A DNA stretch of 62,651 nt, counting the filler, from Dirinaria sp. TL-2023a (taxonomy: Eukaryota): the NCBI GenBank assembly GCA_051941275.1. It is 10 parts of 10 records of this genome, joined end to end, with 100 filler letters (N's around TTAATTAATTAA, not from the genome) between each part and the next. Parts side by side here need not be neighbours in the genome. Positions count along the whole stretch, not along the records: positions 6,311 to 12,519 come from JAVEBF010001520.1; positions 12,620 to 18,821 come from JAVEBF010001521.1; positions 18,922 to 25,112 come from JAVEBF010001522.1; 7 more parts are not named here. One strand, 5' to 3'. The position numbers and the translations under genes were made by a program. Below the pieces are notes generated by a model. That model made no database searches and was not told where the DNA came from. It worked only from the letters and a program-made list of their open reading frames with translations. This document shows, piece after piece, positions 10,263-21,614 of the stretch; position 1 is the first letter of the stretch, and each line of letters begins with the position of its first letter.

Positions 10263-11814
10263 ATGGACGAGGCATCAGTTTCCACTGCCGTGGGACAAGG
10301 TACGTTGACTGAGTCAGATATACAAAGCAAGGTCCCTTTTCCTTCGAATTTAGTGGCTTTCGTATCGATGACACATCTCGTGAATGCGGTCGGTTCTTGA
10401 GACGACTGCTCTTTTCAGAAACTTTGAAAAACAAGAGAGCCCGCAAGCAAGCAGAGCGTAATGCTGGTCGCCTTATAACTACACCCTGGATCCGGACCCA
10501 ACTACGATTTTATGGTATCAAATTCAACCCCAGGATCAACCCCTTCAAAGCCAAGGTCCTATTACTTAGAAGCGTGGCCGATGGACTAGTAAGCTTTTTT
10601 TGCGCGTGTTCGAGAGTTGATTGTGGACTGCATCACTGATCTTGAAACAGTGCGACTCGATTCCCCCTCAGATTCTAGAGATCAAACAGACGCTCAAAGA
10701 AGAGTACGAGGGAATAATGAGCGACTACCATGACAGACAGGAAGCCTGCCATGTCCAAGAGCTACGGAAAAGACGCCTTAAATTTCAGGCTTGCGCAACC
10801 CAGGTGGCCGAGGCGGAGTGTGATCCGAGTCTATTCCTTCGCAAATACTTTCTCAATGAGAATGGTGATCCGGCTAGACCTGAGACAAGATACTCGATCC
10901 TCCTGCGGGGGTATACAAATAGGGATCTGGTTTTGACCAGGCTGGTAGAGCGCGTGCCAGGTTTACACGTGGCAGATTGTGGAGGAGATGCGGGCAAGGA
11001 GAACTGCATGTACATTGGATGGGACCGGGGGTACGTGAACAATAACGCCTATGAAATGGAGCAAAGGGCAGCCCCTGGTGTATGGGCGTGGCGCCTATCT
11101 TCGGATTTGGACCGACTCATGGAGGTCCATCAAAAAAATGCGAAAGAACTCCACGACCAGAAGCAGAAAATTCAGTCTACAGCCGATGGTCCTTTCAAGC
11201 TCAGAAATGGGATGTATGTTCTGAGGTGTGCTCTCATGGAACATGAGCGGCGAATGGAATCAAAGCAGATGCAGTTGCGCATAGTCGGCTCCGGAGAGCT
11301 TGGCGTGTTCGATCTCGGGCGGTAATGCGCACTGATGGTCTTCGTTAAAACGCAGAAAAGCGTCAGGAGGATCTTGAAGAATGGCCAGTGGAACCGCGGT
11401 ATTGCGGACTTCTCCCGGAAGACAGCGACGACGAAGCAGACACCTGGAGCGACTTTTACGGTGATGAGAGCGATCATAGCGAAGAAGGGGAGGATCTCAC
11501 CAAGGGCAACGAGGCTGGCAATGCCGCGTCTTCTGATACGGCGAGGGCGGCGGCCAAGCGTCGGAAAAATCGAGAGGGATAAGGCTCGCCGCCGATATTT
11601 CTTCCAGTGGCGCGGGTATGACCCAAGTCGGGTGAAATTCGACATGACCGTCGAAATCACAACACCGGATACATCGAGTTTGAGAACGATGAAGCGACTG
11701 TTTTGAAGGGGGGGGATACACACGGAGATGAAACTACGTCGAGGATGGTATCTGCGCTTTGAAGGATATAAGGTCTCTGGAGTTGACGATGAATTGGTGT
11801 GCGCTCTCGCATGA
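10263..11814 (+). pseudogene. Disrupted fungal hypothetical gene (in-frame stop plus several frameshifts)
   Basis: Protein-like blocks (PWIRTQLRFYGI, CDPSLFLRKYFL, IGWDRG, GVFDLG, acidic tract, YFFQWRGYD, TGYIEFEND, FEGYKVS) are spread over different frames; clean intron 10589-10650; TAA at 11323-11325. Confidence 0.6.
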
Positions 11815-12519
11815 CCGGAGGGAGAGAGATAGGGCGCCGAGATGGGAGGTGTAGAAATCAACATCGAGCGATGTCAAAATTTTCCTGCTGCCGCAAAAAG
11901 TGCCTTAGACGAGATTCGCATGCGGAACTCACACAAGATTGAGCTTGTTACTTACACATGGAAGTCAGAGGTAGAGGCAGAATTGAGCAACCATAAGAGA
12001 GTACAGTAAGGTAGCTGAGTCCTATGCATCTCAGAGTCTAGCGTGATTATGTCTTGGGTGGAGCTCAGCTACAACATTGCACAACCTCTCGTCAGAGGAG
12101 GTATCTGTATCTAGGAGAGCTGGTGCAGTCATACCTTCCGCATGTTGATATTGTTTCCCACGATTTCCATATCCGGACCTTTGATTAATTGATCAAGGAT
12201 CGTAGTTGCTATCTTTACGGGCAGAATGAACTTTCCAGGAACCAATCAACCATTCAAACATATCCTAAATCAGAGTTCATTCATTTTTCAGATCTTCTAT
12301 CCCCTCTATATGTACCTACCTTCTTCCGCACCCAGTTGCAGCAAGTCTATACATTGCTCAAGAACCATCAAACGCATGCTATACTTGCAGTGCATTTGTT
12401 AAAAAGAGACAGTGATCGTGCGAGCATCAAAACATATTAAAGTATATGGGGGGAAAAACAATCATACTCACGAAGTCACGATTCTAAACCGGTCTGTATT
12501 TACTCGACACCCATACTTA

Positions 12520-12619
12520 NNNNNNNNNNNNNNNNNNNNNNNNNNNNNNNNNNNNNNNNNNNNTTAATTAATTAANNNNNNNNNNNNNNNNNNNNNNNNN
12601 NNNNNNNNNNNNNNNNNNN
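12520..12619. other. Artificial contig linker
   Basis: N44-TTAATTAATTAA-N44. Confidence 0.99.
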
Positions 12620-12972
12620 ACCTGTGCAGCCAGCCCGGGTGTTCAAGGATACTGACTGTCCCGTAGCTCGATTCAAGTCTCCGCCCTCATCAAGAGGAAT
12701 TTCACGATTTCCCCCAGCACCTGACGCAGCGGATCCGTACTTTACTTGGGCACCGGGAAATTTGTCCTCGACGTTTGTGTTGACCCCTGACTCCACAGCT
12801 GGTGAACTATTAGCTTCAGCTTTCAAATGGGTAGGACCCAATGCAGACCTGAGCTGCTATTGTCGTAACGCTGGTTGCGACCTTCTCCTTGCTTCAGGGT
12901 ATTGGAGTTGAGATCACGCTCCGCTTGCCGAGCAATCTCGAGAGGGTCTTGACCTTCATATTCTTTGGACAT
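12620..12972 (-). CDS. Small hydrophilic fungal hypothetical protein; 3' truncated
   Basis: ATG at 12972 gives MSKEYEGQDPLEIARQAERDLNS...; intron 12799-12848 (GTCTGC..GCTAAT..CAG) joins in frame to AVESGVNTNVEDKFPGAQVKYGSAASGAGGNREIPLDEGG. Confidence 0.75.
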
Positions 12973-13894
12973 GATTTGGATGTGAGATATAAATATCGAC
13001 CTTATTTGATATTAGGCACTCCGGAAATTAGCTGAACTGTCAGTAGAATTGATGGAACTTTGTGTATTGAGGGTGAAACTACCTGACCTTAGCAGCTGAT
13101 TTAGTTTTAGTTCAAGAATTAGCGATGACGCAATGTGCTTTCGAAGCCCTGGTCAAACCCTGAGAGGACTAGTCGCCTCGGTCCGAGGGTCCCTCGGTCT
13201 TCGAATTACCAGTGCAAACCCTTTAGTCGATTGTTTGGACCTTCACTGACAACAACATCCATCTTGATCATGACATTCTATCTGTGAAATTGTCCAGCTC
13301 GTCCTGGTCTCCTTCACAGCAGTTCCTCTTCTTGGTTGAAGGATACAAAGCATCCACAATTCGACAAAAGCACTCTGCAACCATGATTTTACATTCAGGA
13401 CTGTCATAAACACGTATTGTCGGAAGTATTGCTCGTTTAAAACGTGATGAGCATTGCATGCCGAGCATGCTTCAAGGTCACTTGTGTTGTAGCTAACGCA
13501 ATCTGCAATGCAAGGGAGTCAGGGACGGCACCAATTCCGTCTTGTGACTGGCTCCACGAGCCATGGGCAGTCATCGTTCTGCTCATCTCGCTTGAGGACA
13601 TGCACAAACTGAAGAAGTGAGGTTGCACCACAAGATACGCCTTTGCCCGAAGAGGCAGTTTAAAAGAGCTTCACCATGTGGGGTTCCGTGGGAGCTTCTG
13701 CAAGCAGGGAAGTCCACCAAGGATATTCCTTTTGACCAACTCGAGAGCTATGTATGTGTAAAGCTTGATCAACGGCATTAGAGTACCCTTGCCTCGAACC
13801 ATGTCGAGCGAGCAGAGATATAAGTCAAGGTGGGCGCCATTCTCTTTACATGCTGGTGCACGTCCATTTTTTCTCAGCTACCTCATTGTTCGAG

Positions 13895-15887
13895 ATGCGC
13901 TCCTTCGCTCTTATTCCCGTAATATTCTCTTTGGCTGCTGTGTTTGCAGGAGTTTTTGCAGCTCCAGCCTCCATCGCTGGCTCTCCTGATGAGCTTGTTG
14001 TGCTTGAAAAGCTGAATAATGTCCCTTCCGGTTGGCACCAGAAGGCACCTCCACCTGCATCGAAGCGTCTTCGCTTTCGTATAGCTCTCAAGCAGGAGAA
14101 TGCCTTTGCTTTCGAGCAGCACGTGATCGATATTAGCACTCCGGATCATCCAAAATATGGCCAGCATATGGATCACGATGAGCTGAAGCACATGCTGCAG
14201 CCTAGCAGTGAGGCGTCAGAAGCTATCTTGAGCTGGCTACGGTCAAACGGCATCAGCGAACTCGACATCGAGGATGACGGCGACTGGATCAATTTCTATG
14301 TGCCCACTGTCGAAGCAGAACGGATATTGAACACGAAGTTCTATTACTATTCGAATGACGTCCCCAATGTCGAAAGAATCAGAACGCTACAGTACTCCAT
14401 TCCAGCAAACCTACATCAATACATCCAGATGATCCAACCCACGACTCGATTCGGGCAGTTACAGGCCCAGAGATCAACGATTTACGAGCATTTTGAGATT
14501 GGCCCTCAACGCGGTCCGTCGCACTATCAGGGAAGTGGTCTGAATGCGACATTCTGTAATACTACCATTACGCCTCAATGCATAAAGGCTCTCTATAATT
14601 ATGGCAACTTCCAAGCCAGTGCCCGCAATGGAAACAAGATTGGGGTGTGTGGTTACCTTAAAGAGTACGCAAAATTCAAGGATTTCGCCCAATTCACTGC
14701 AGAGTATGCACCTTACGCTGCTCATGAGAATTTCACCTATGTTTTGATCAACGGCGGTCTGGCGACTCAGGATGACACAGTTGATGATGATGTCGAAGCC
14801 AACCTGGACGCTCAGTACGCCTATCCTTTGTCCTATCCAACGCCTGGCACCTACTATAGTACTGGAGGCCTAGGCGAACTCGTGCCCGATCTGGACCAGC
14901 CAACACTGGCCGATGACCAGAACGAACCATACTTAGACTTCCTACACTACATCTTGAAGCTGCCTTCCCATCAATTGCCGCAAACGCTTACCACCTCTTA
15001 TGGTGAGGACGAGCAAAGCGTACCTGAAGCTTGTAAGTCCTTGCAATGATTATGCAGTCTGGCTGACCTAACGTTGGCGTAGATACAAATCAGACCTGCA
15101 GCCTCTTCGCACAACTTGGGGCTCGCGGTGTCTCGGTCATATTCTCGAGTGGAGATACCGGCGTCGGCAGTGCTTGTCAGACCAACGACGGCAAGAATAC
15201 TACCAGATTTTTGCCAATTTTCCCCGCTGCTTGCCCCTTCGTGACCTCTGTCGGAGGCACGTATCACGTAGAGCCGGAAGTAGCTATTGGATTCTCTTCG
15301 GGAGGGTTCTCAGATCGATTCCCACGCCCAGCGTATCAAGATGCCGCCGTAACTCAGTACCTCAACATTCTTGGCGATAAATGGAAGGGCCTTTACAACC
15401 CTGCCGGCCGCGGATTCCCAGACGTGGCAGCACAGTCGTACAACTTCGCTGTAATTGACCACGGTGCAGAGATCCGGGTCGGTGGTACTAGGTAAGAGTA
15501 TATAGGGTACACTGTAGATGGTAGGCTGGGGCTGACAGGACCCGCAGTGCTGCCGCACCCACATTTGCATCGGTTGTTGCCAACCTCAACAGTGCTCGCT
15601 TATCCCGTCGCGAACCGCCACTTGGCTTCCTCAACCCATTCATCTACAGTGTGGGCTACAAAGGTTTGACGGATATAGTCAACGGAGGTTCAAGAGGATG
15701 CACAGGGACGGACATCTACTCAAAACTGCCCACCCCATTTGTACCCTATGCCAGCTGGAACGCAACCAAAGGATGGGATCCTGTCACGGGCTATGGTACT
15801 CCAAATCTCCGGAAACTCCTATCTTTATCGGCAGGCTATCGTAGCGGACACCCATTCAGGAGAGAGTTGCAGGAAGCAAATGAATAA
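13895..15887 (+). CDS. Secreted tripeptidyl-peptidase / sedolisin (MEROPS S53)
   Basis: Signal peptide; pro-domain [12 protein letters not shown]; catalytic EANLD; oxyanion SSGDTG; GGTSAAAP with the Ser codon split by an intron; Ca-site [11 protein letters not shown]. Introns 15033-15082 and 15492-15547. Confidence 0.95.
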
Positions 15888-16636
15888 ACAGCATAATGGG
15901 GAGTTCCTTATCAACAGACTCGTCGACAAAGTTTTGTCGATGATGCTCGTTGACATCTAGCAATTAGCTCTCTAGTTTTCTCGATGAACAGTCCGTGTCA
16001 TCAACAGCGAATTATGGCATGAACCTGAAGCCTGCCTTGTCTGCTCCTTCGAAGATGTTCGCTGTTGCGTAGATGAACGTCACTTTTCGGTGACCTGGCC
16101 CAATTCAATTAGTACCGTAACATCAGGTACTTTACCTGGAGTACGTTCGGCTTTCGTATCAATACCGGGCCGAGATCGGACTAGTGCAGGACGGTTTCAG
16201 ATAACCGGACATTTGACCTCACGTCGGTCCACTTTATCCTCCTGCCCTTTCGAGCCGTAGCAGCAGAGGGATCTCATGTCGACTTGGGAAGGTCCTCGCA
16301 ACGATGTTGCAGGGTGTGATCATCATTGATAGAGCTTCCCACATGCGCCAATCAATGCTCCGTATCACAGAGGATTTCGGTGCCTTGGAGCTGCCCGCCC
16401 TGACGGACGTCATGGCCTGCGGGGACCAGATTCGTACGACTCATGCATTTGCTTAGACGAGGTAAACATGCAGTGAACAGGGAAGCTCGTACCTTGCGCA
16501 TGGCTCGGAGCCAAACTGCCATGCCGCGTCAAGGTGAGATGGATCTTATACAAGCAGATTCCCCGTCTTTCGCACTGTTGTTTGGTCTTTCCTTGCTTCT
16601 TGTCCGACTGCCGTTTTCTTTTACAGAATTCTCGTC

Positions 16637-18439
16637 ATGCGCACTTTCATATATGTGATTTGGCTGGTGACGGCGTCTTTCGTCACCGCTCGAAGCCCCG
16701 CTCATGTGGGGAAGAGCCTGCCCAAGCCTGCCCAGCTCGCATCGCGCGAAAGGAATGATTTCTCTCGGCTCAATCATATTGAGAAACGCCAGAGCAGCAA
16801 CGGCTCGTACTTGAATCCGAATACCGCTAGTATGTTGGCGGAAATCTAAGAATGAAGATCTCCTTTAACAAAGTGCAGAATATGCCGTGAATGGCTCCGG
16901 TATCCCAGATGTAGATTTTGACATTGGTGAATCTTACGCTGGTCTCCTGCCCATCTCATCGAGTTTGAACGAGACGCGCGAGCTGTATTTCTGGTTCTTC
17001 CCATCGTCAAACCCCGCCGCCAGCGATGAGATAACAATTTGGCTGAATGGTGGCCCTGGTTGCAGTTCTCTCGAGGGTCTCCTTCAAGAGAATGGGCCAT
17101 TCCTCTGGCAGTACGGAACTTTCAAGCCGTTCAGGAATGAGTGGACTTGGGTCAACTTGACCAACATGGTCTGGGTGGAGCAGCCGGTGGGCACTGGCTT
17201 TTCGCAAGGAACGCCGGATGCTACCAGCGAAGCAGATGTCGCAAGGGAGTTTCTAGGGTTTTTCAAGAACTTTGTAGATCTGTTTGGGTTGCACAATCGC
17301 AAGGTTTTCATCGCAGGCGAAAGTTATGCGGGATACTACGTGCCCTACATCGCAGATGCGATGCTCAACACTAACGACACGACCTACTACGGTGTAGATT
17401 CAATCATGATCTATGACCCTAGCACAAGCACGGATACAGTGCAGGAAGAGAGTAAGTCATTGGCTATCTGAGTGGCAGCCTTCACTAAACGCAATTCAGT
17501 CCCCGCCGTGGCATTTGTCGACTATTGGTCTGGACTTTTTTCCCTTAACGCTTCCTTCACGGCCGAGATCCACGAGCGCGCCGATTCCTGCGGCTACACA
17601 GAATTCTTGGACAAGTATCTCGTGTTTCCCCCCTCCGGTCCTCTTCCAGATCCTCCCAACTCTTCCGCCCCGGGCTGCGACGTCTGGACTGACATCTACT
17701 ATGCCGTATCGCTCATCAATCCCTGTTTCGACATCTACCAAGTGGCAACCACCTGTCCGCTCCTGTGGGACGTGCTAGGTTTTCCCGGATCATTCGACTA
17801 CCTCCCAGACGGCGCAAGCATCTACTTCAACCGGAGCGACGTCCAAGCGGCCATCAACGCCCCACCAACCAACTGGGAGGAATGTACATCCACAGACGTC
17901 TTCATCAACAACACGGACAACAGTCTTCCCAGCGGCCTCTCGGTCCTGCCGAGCGTCATCGAGCGCCTTAACCGTACCATCATCGGCCACGGCATGCTCG
18001 ACTACATCCTCATCGCGAACGGCACCCTGCTCATGATCCAGAACATGACGTGGAACGGCGCCCAAGGCTTCCAGACCGCGCCGGCAGACGAGTTTTTCGT
18101 TCCTTACCACAGCGAATCGAGCCTGAGCTCTCTCGGTGGCGCGGGCGTGTTCGGAACCACTCACACAGAACGAGGACTTACATTCGTAACCGTGGACTTG
18201 AGCGGGCATAGTAAGTTTTTCCCCCTTTTCCCTTGCCTTCCCTGGAAAGCACCCAATCCTCCACAAAAAAAAAAAAAACTTCCAACACTAATGCTCCCTC
18301 CCTCAACACAGTGGTCCCACAATACGCCCCGAGCGCCGCCTACCGACAACTAGAATTTCTGCTGGGCAGGATCGGGAGTCTAACCCAGAAGGGCGATTTC
18401 ACCACCCGGAGCGGGAATTATACCTGGTCTCCGCCGTGA
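16637..18439 (+). CDS. Secreted serine carboxypeptidase (MEROPS S10, CpdS-like)
   Basis: Signal peptide with KR processing site; [16 protein letters not shown] nucleophile; GHMVPQY after splicing. Introns 16830-16878, 17452-17499, 18211-18311. Confidence 0.95.
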
Positions 18440-18821
18440 ATAAAGCGGTCAGAGCGGTTGACATAGCGAAACCTACAGCATGTATGTACATAAGCATATA
18501 CGATGGGCTTGAAGATGGAATACATATATACAAAACTTCTGAACGTTGAAGGGACAAAGTTGTAAAAGGGTTATGTGTAACTCAAGTAACGTAGGAAATG
18601 AAATATAAAGAAAGAAAAATCAGTAGAGAATCAGTCGTAGTAATCTTCCCATCTTCAAAACATCCCCTCTTTCCTGTCTTTCTCTCTTTAACGACTACGC
18701 TTTCCTTGTATTCATACTGCACTTACTACTTTCCTTCCCTTATCTCAACTCCTCTACCAGGTATCGCAAGATCCTTCCCTTCCCTTCCCTTATCTTGCGT
18801 GCCTTCGAACCCCTTTTATAT

Positions 18822-18921
18822 NNNNNNNNNNNNNNNNNNNNNNNNNNNNNNNNNNNNNNNNNNNNTTAATTAATTAANNNNNNNNNNNNNNNNNNNNNNN
18901 NNNNNNNNNNNNNNNNNNNNN
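18822..18921. other. Artificial contig linker
   Basis: N44-TTAATTAATTAA-N44. Confidence 0.99.
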
Positions 18922-19471
18922 CTACTTCCTAGCGCTGGGCCTGACGCCAACATTCAATACCTGGGCGCAAATCACCTTTCTGCACATGTACCTCCTGACC
19001 GTGCGCCTGCGCTGCTTCCCCGCCGAACACGCCCCGACATGGCACCAGCATCTCCTCGACCACTTCTTCTACGTGGCCGAAGAACGCATGGTCCAAGACC
19101 ACAACGTGCATTCCCGCATGATCCGTAACAAATACCTGAAGGACCTCTACGTTCAGTGGCGAGGCTTGTTGGCCGGGTATGATGAGGGCTTGGTCCGGGG
19201 CGACACCGTGCTAGCCACTGCCGTGTGGAGGAATGTCCTGAAAGCGGATGAGAATGTCGATTTTGTGGGATTGGGCCAGATCGTGAGTTATATGCGGGGA
19301 GTGCTCCAGGGGCTCGATGGTATGTCGGATGAGGCGATCGCGAGTGGAGAGGTCGTTTTTGGGGATCCGGCCACGGAAAGGTCAAGGGTCTTGATGCGGA
19401 GTTCGATGATGGCGTCTTTGAATCAGAGCATCGAAGGCGAGTTTGAGCATCTGAGTCCTGCACCTTCATAG
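18922..19471 (+). CDS. CBP3: Ubiquinol-cytochrome c reductase chaperone Cbp3; 5' truncated
   Basis: LTPTFNTWAQITFLHMYLLTVRLR, QWRGLLAGYDEGL, LATAVWRN are typical Cbp3 blocks. Confidence 0.9.
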
Positions 19472-20425
19472 CGGGTTTTTGATGATATTGATTTTTCGGC
19501 GAAAGATGAGTGGGTTCAGAATCTAAGGTAGTGCTGCGGCAACGCTATTTACCTTCACAATTGTACAGTGTAAAAGCTACTTTACTTTGCCTTCTGGATA
19601 TGATTGATGGATGGGTAGGAAGGGAAATCATGATTCAATGCACACTCGTTATGAAACGTCAAACCTGTCTGTCTCTCGCCGTTTCCTCATAAGGGCTTTA
19701 AGGTAGGTAGTAAGAGGGAAAACTTACTCCACTCCATGTAGGCCAGGAGGTGTGCATAGCGATGACCGGGCTGGCCAGCACCTTCCTTGAGAAAGAGAAT
19801 CCCGACGACAGCAGCAGCAGCCAATCAATAACCCAAGGATCTCAACCAGCGTGGGCCCCTCTCATAGGACTCGTTATTCTGTCAAGAAGGTGTTTTCAAA
19901 TCAGCGATGGAGGAGTAGGTGCTGCAATGTCCCATCCCCAAAATACATGTATGCGATTGGTTTCAACTTTTCTCACCTCTCGTGTGTTTCTGTCTTTGAG
20001 AAATGGTGACGGATGGGGTATACGGCTCCGCGATGGTGTTGGTTCATATGCATTGAGGGTTTTTCTTTTTGAGATTTGAGGATCCCGTTTTTTTGGTTTT
20101 TAGTTATTCTATGGTTTCTATTGTCACATCATGTACATGAATTGCCGGTACGAGAGGTGCAAAGCTGTTCGCACTTATTAGCGGTTCCGGATTCTCCAGC
20201 CTGTATTGCTGATGTGCTCGGTTTTTGATTCATCGTGCAGCGGATAGGTTGCTGCAAGCATGGTGTTACATGCTCTATGATTCTTGGTTAGGGGAGCTGA
20301 TGGGGAAGAATTAGGAGAAGAAGTTGTCGCCTGATTTTAGTTCGAGTGGTGTATTGAGAGATTCCGTGTCTGTGGATTAGTCTTTTGATTGTCCGGGGAA
20401 ACTGCCCATGTGATGGGGTTGACGA

Positions 20426-20500
20426 GGAGTGAGGTGATAGGAGATGGACTTTGAGGTGGAGTGAGGTAATAGGAGACGGACTTTGAGGTGGAGTGAGGTG
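20426..20500. repeat. Tandem repeat, 32-nt unit x ~2.3
   Basis: GGAGTGAGGTRATAGGAGAYGGACTTTGAGGT at 20426-20457 and 20458-20489 (2 mismatches) plus a partial third copy. Confidence 0.85.
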
Positions 20501-20741
20501 GAATTAGGTGTTGTGCCGCATACTTACGGAGTTGTTGAAAAGGGGTTGTAATGAGAGGAGGGTTGAAATGAGAGGTCTTGGTGGCTGCTTTACCATTCAT
20601 GGAAAAGTGATAGCTGTGCCTGAGAGAGGGCTACTAAGCTCATGCGGAATAAAGCATGAGGGATCAAGATGCTCGTCGCATTGCTTCGGCTCTAGCATTC
20701 ACCAAGAATCGCAGGTAGGGATAGACGTCGCGGAGCAATGA

Positions 20742-21614
20742 CTATTGCATATTCACTGCAGCGTCCTCGTTGCTGTCACATACGAGCTGCATATTCCATT
20801 CATCGACCGGGACGTCCATTGCCCGAAGTAAATCAGCAAACGCTTCGGGCAACGCCTTGGTCCACTTTTCGCTGAGGCAACAATTGATTGGGTTATGGGG
20901 CTGGATGCTCAATTTCCGGAGACCTGTGAAGTAATTGTACCGCGGTAGCTTGATGTATGGAGCTGCAGCTCCACAGGAGCCCAGAGGTACGAAAATTTCC
21001 CGTATGGATTCTCGAGCAAGAGCGATGTCGCACGCAGTCATGTTCTTGACTCTGCCGGTTTCGAAACCGTCACGCAAAGAAGGAGCGATGACGAATACCT
21101 TTGTGAGGAAGAACAGTGGCTTTCCGACTGCTCTGAACACACGGCAGGTGCCATTGACGAGACACCAATCCCAGTAGTGCTGAACCTGGCCTTTATATTC
21201 ATGTTCTTTATCGACTAGTTCGGTGAGGGAAAAATTCCTGGAACTACTTGACAGAACTCGAAGGCTAGGGTGTATGCCATGGATAGGGTCAGTGGCAAAT
21301 CGTTCTCTAAATTCGGCCTGAAGGGTTTTAAACCGATCTTTGCGAGATTGCTCGGGTGTCTCGGTATTGTTCTCAAGATCTGAGTTCCATTCTTGTTTGG
21401 ATTGGCTGGTTAATTTACGTTCATGTGGAATTTCGTGACTAAGTTGCACGAACTTTGAAAGATGAACAGGCTCGATACTCATCATGACTAGAGTAAGGAT
21501 CATTCGGAGGATCTCAACTGGCAGAGTCAGTATATTCCGGGGTTCGTGCGAATGCGCAAATGCATCAGCATCAGCACGAGCACGGGCTCGGGCTTCACGA
21601 CGAGTGGTTCCCAT
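20742..21614 (-). CDS. Hypothetical protein with F-box-like N-terminal motif (290 aa; stop possibly premature)
   Basis: Intronless ORF; ILTLPVEILRMIL resembles an F-box start; the frame stays open for 25 more codons after the TAG. Confidence 0.6.
   Translation of the reverse strand: MGTTRREARARARADADAFAHSHEPRNILTLPVEILRMILTLVMMSIEPVHLSKFVQLSHEIPHERKLTSQSKQEWNSDLENNTETPEQSRKDRFKTLQAEFRERFATDPIHGIHPSLRVLSSSSRNFSLTELVDKEHEYKGQVQHYWDWCLVNGTCRVFRAVGKPLFFLTKVFVIAPSLRDGFETGRVKNMTACDIALARESIREIFVPLGSCGAAAPYIKLPRYNYFTGLRKLSIQPHNPINCCLSEKWTKALPEAFADLLRAMDVPVDEWNMQLVCDSNEDAAVNMQ

Noticed and set aside
19720..20052. Possible minus-strand spliced micro-gene (GTGAGA and GTAAGT donors, CAG acceptor)
   Set aside because: No splice combination gave a continuous credible ORF.
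20426..20500. Repeat as a CRISPR-like or telomeric array
   Set aside because: Head-to-tail duplication without spacers, eukaryotic context, not TTAGGG.
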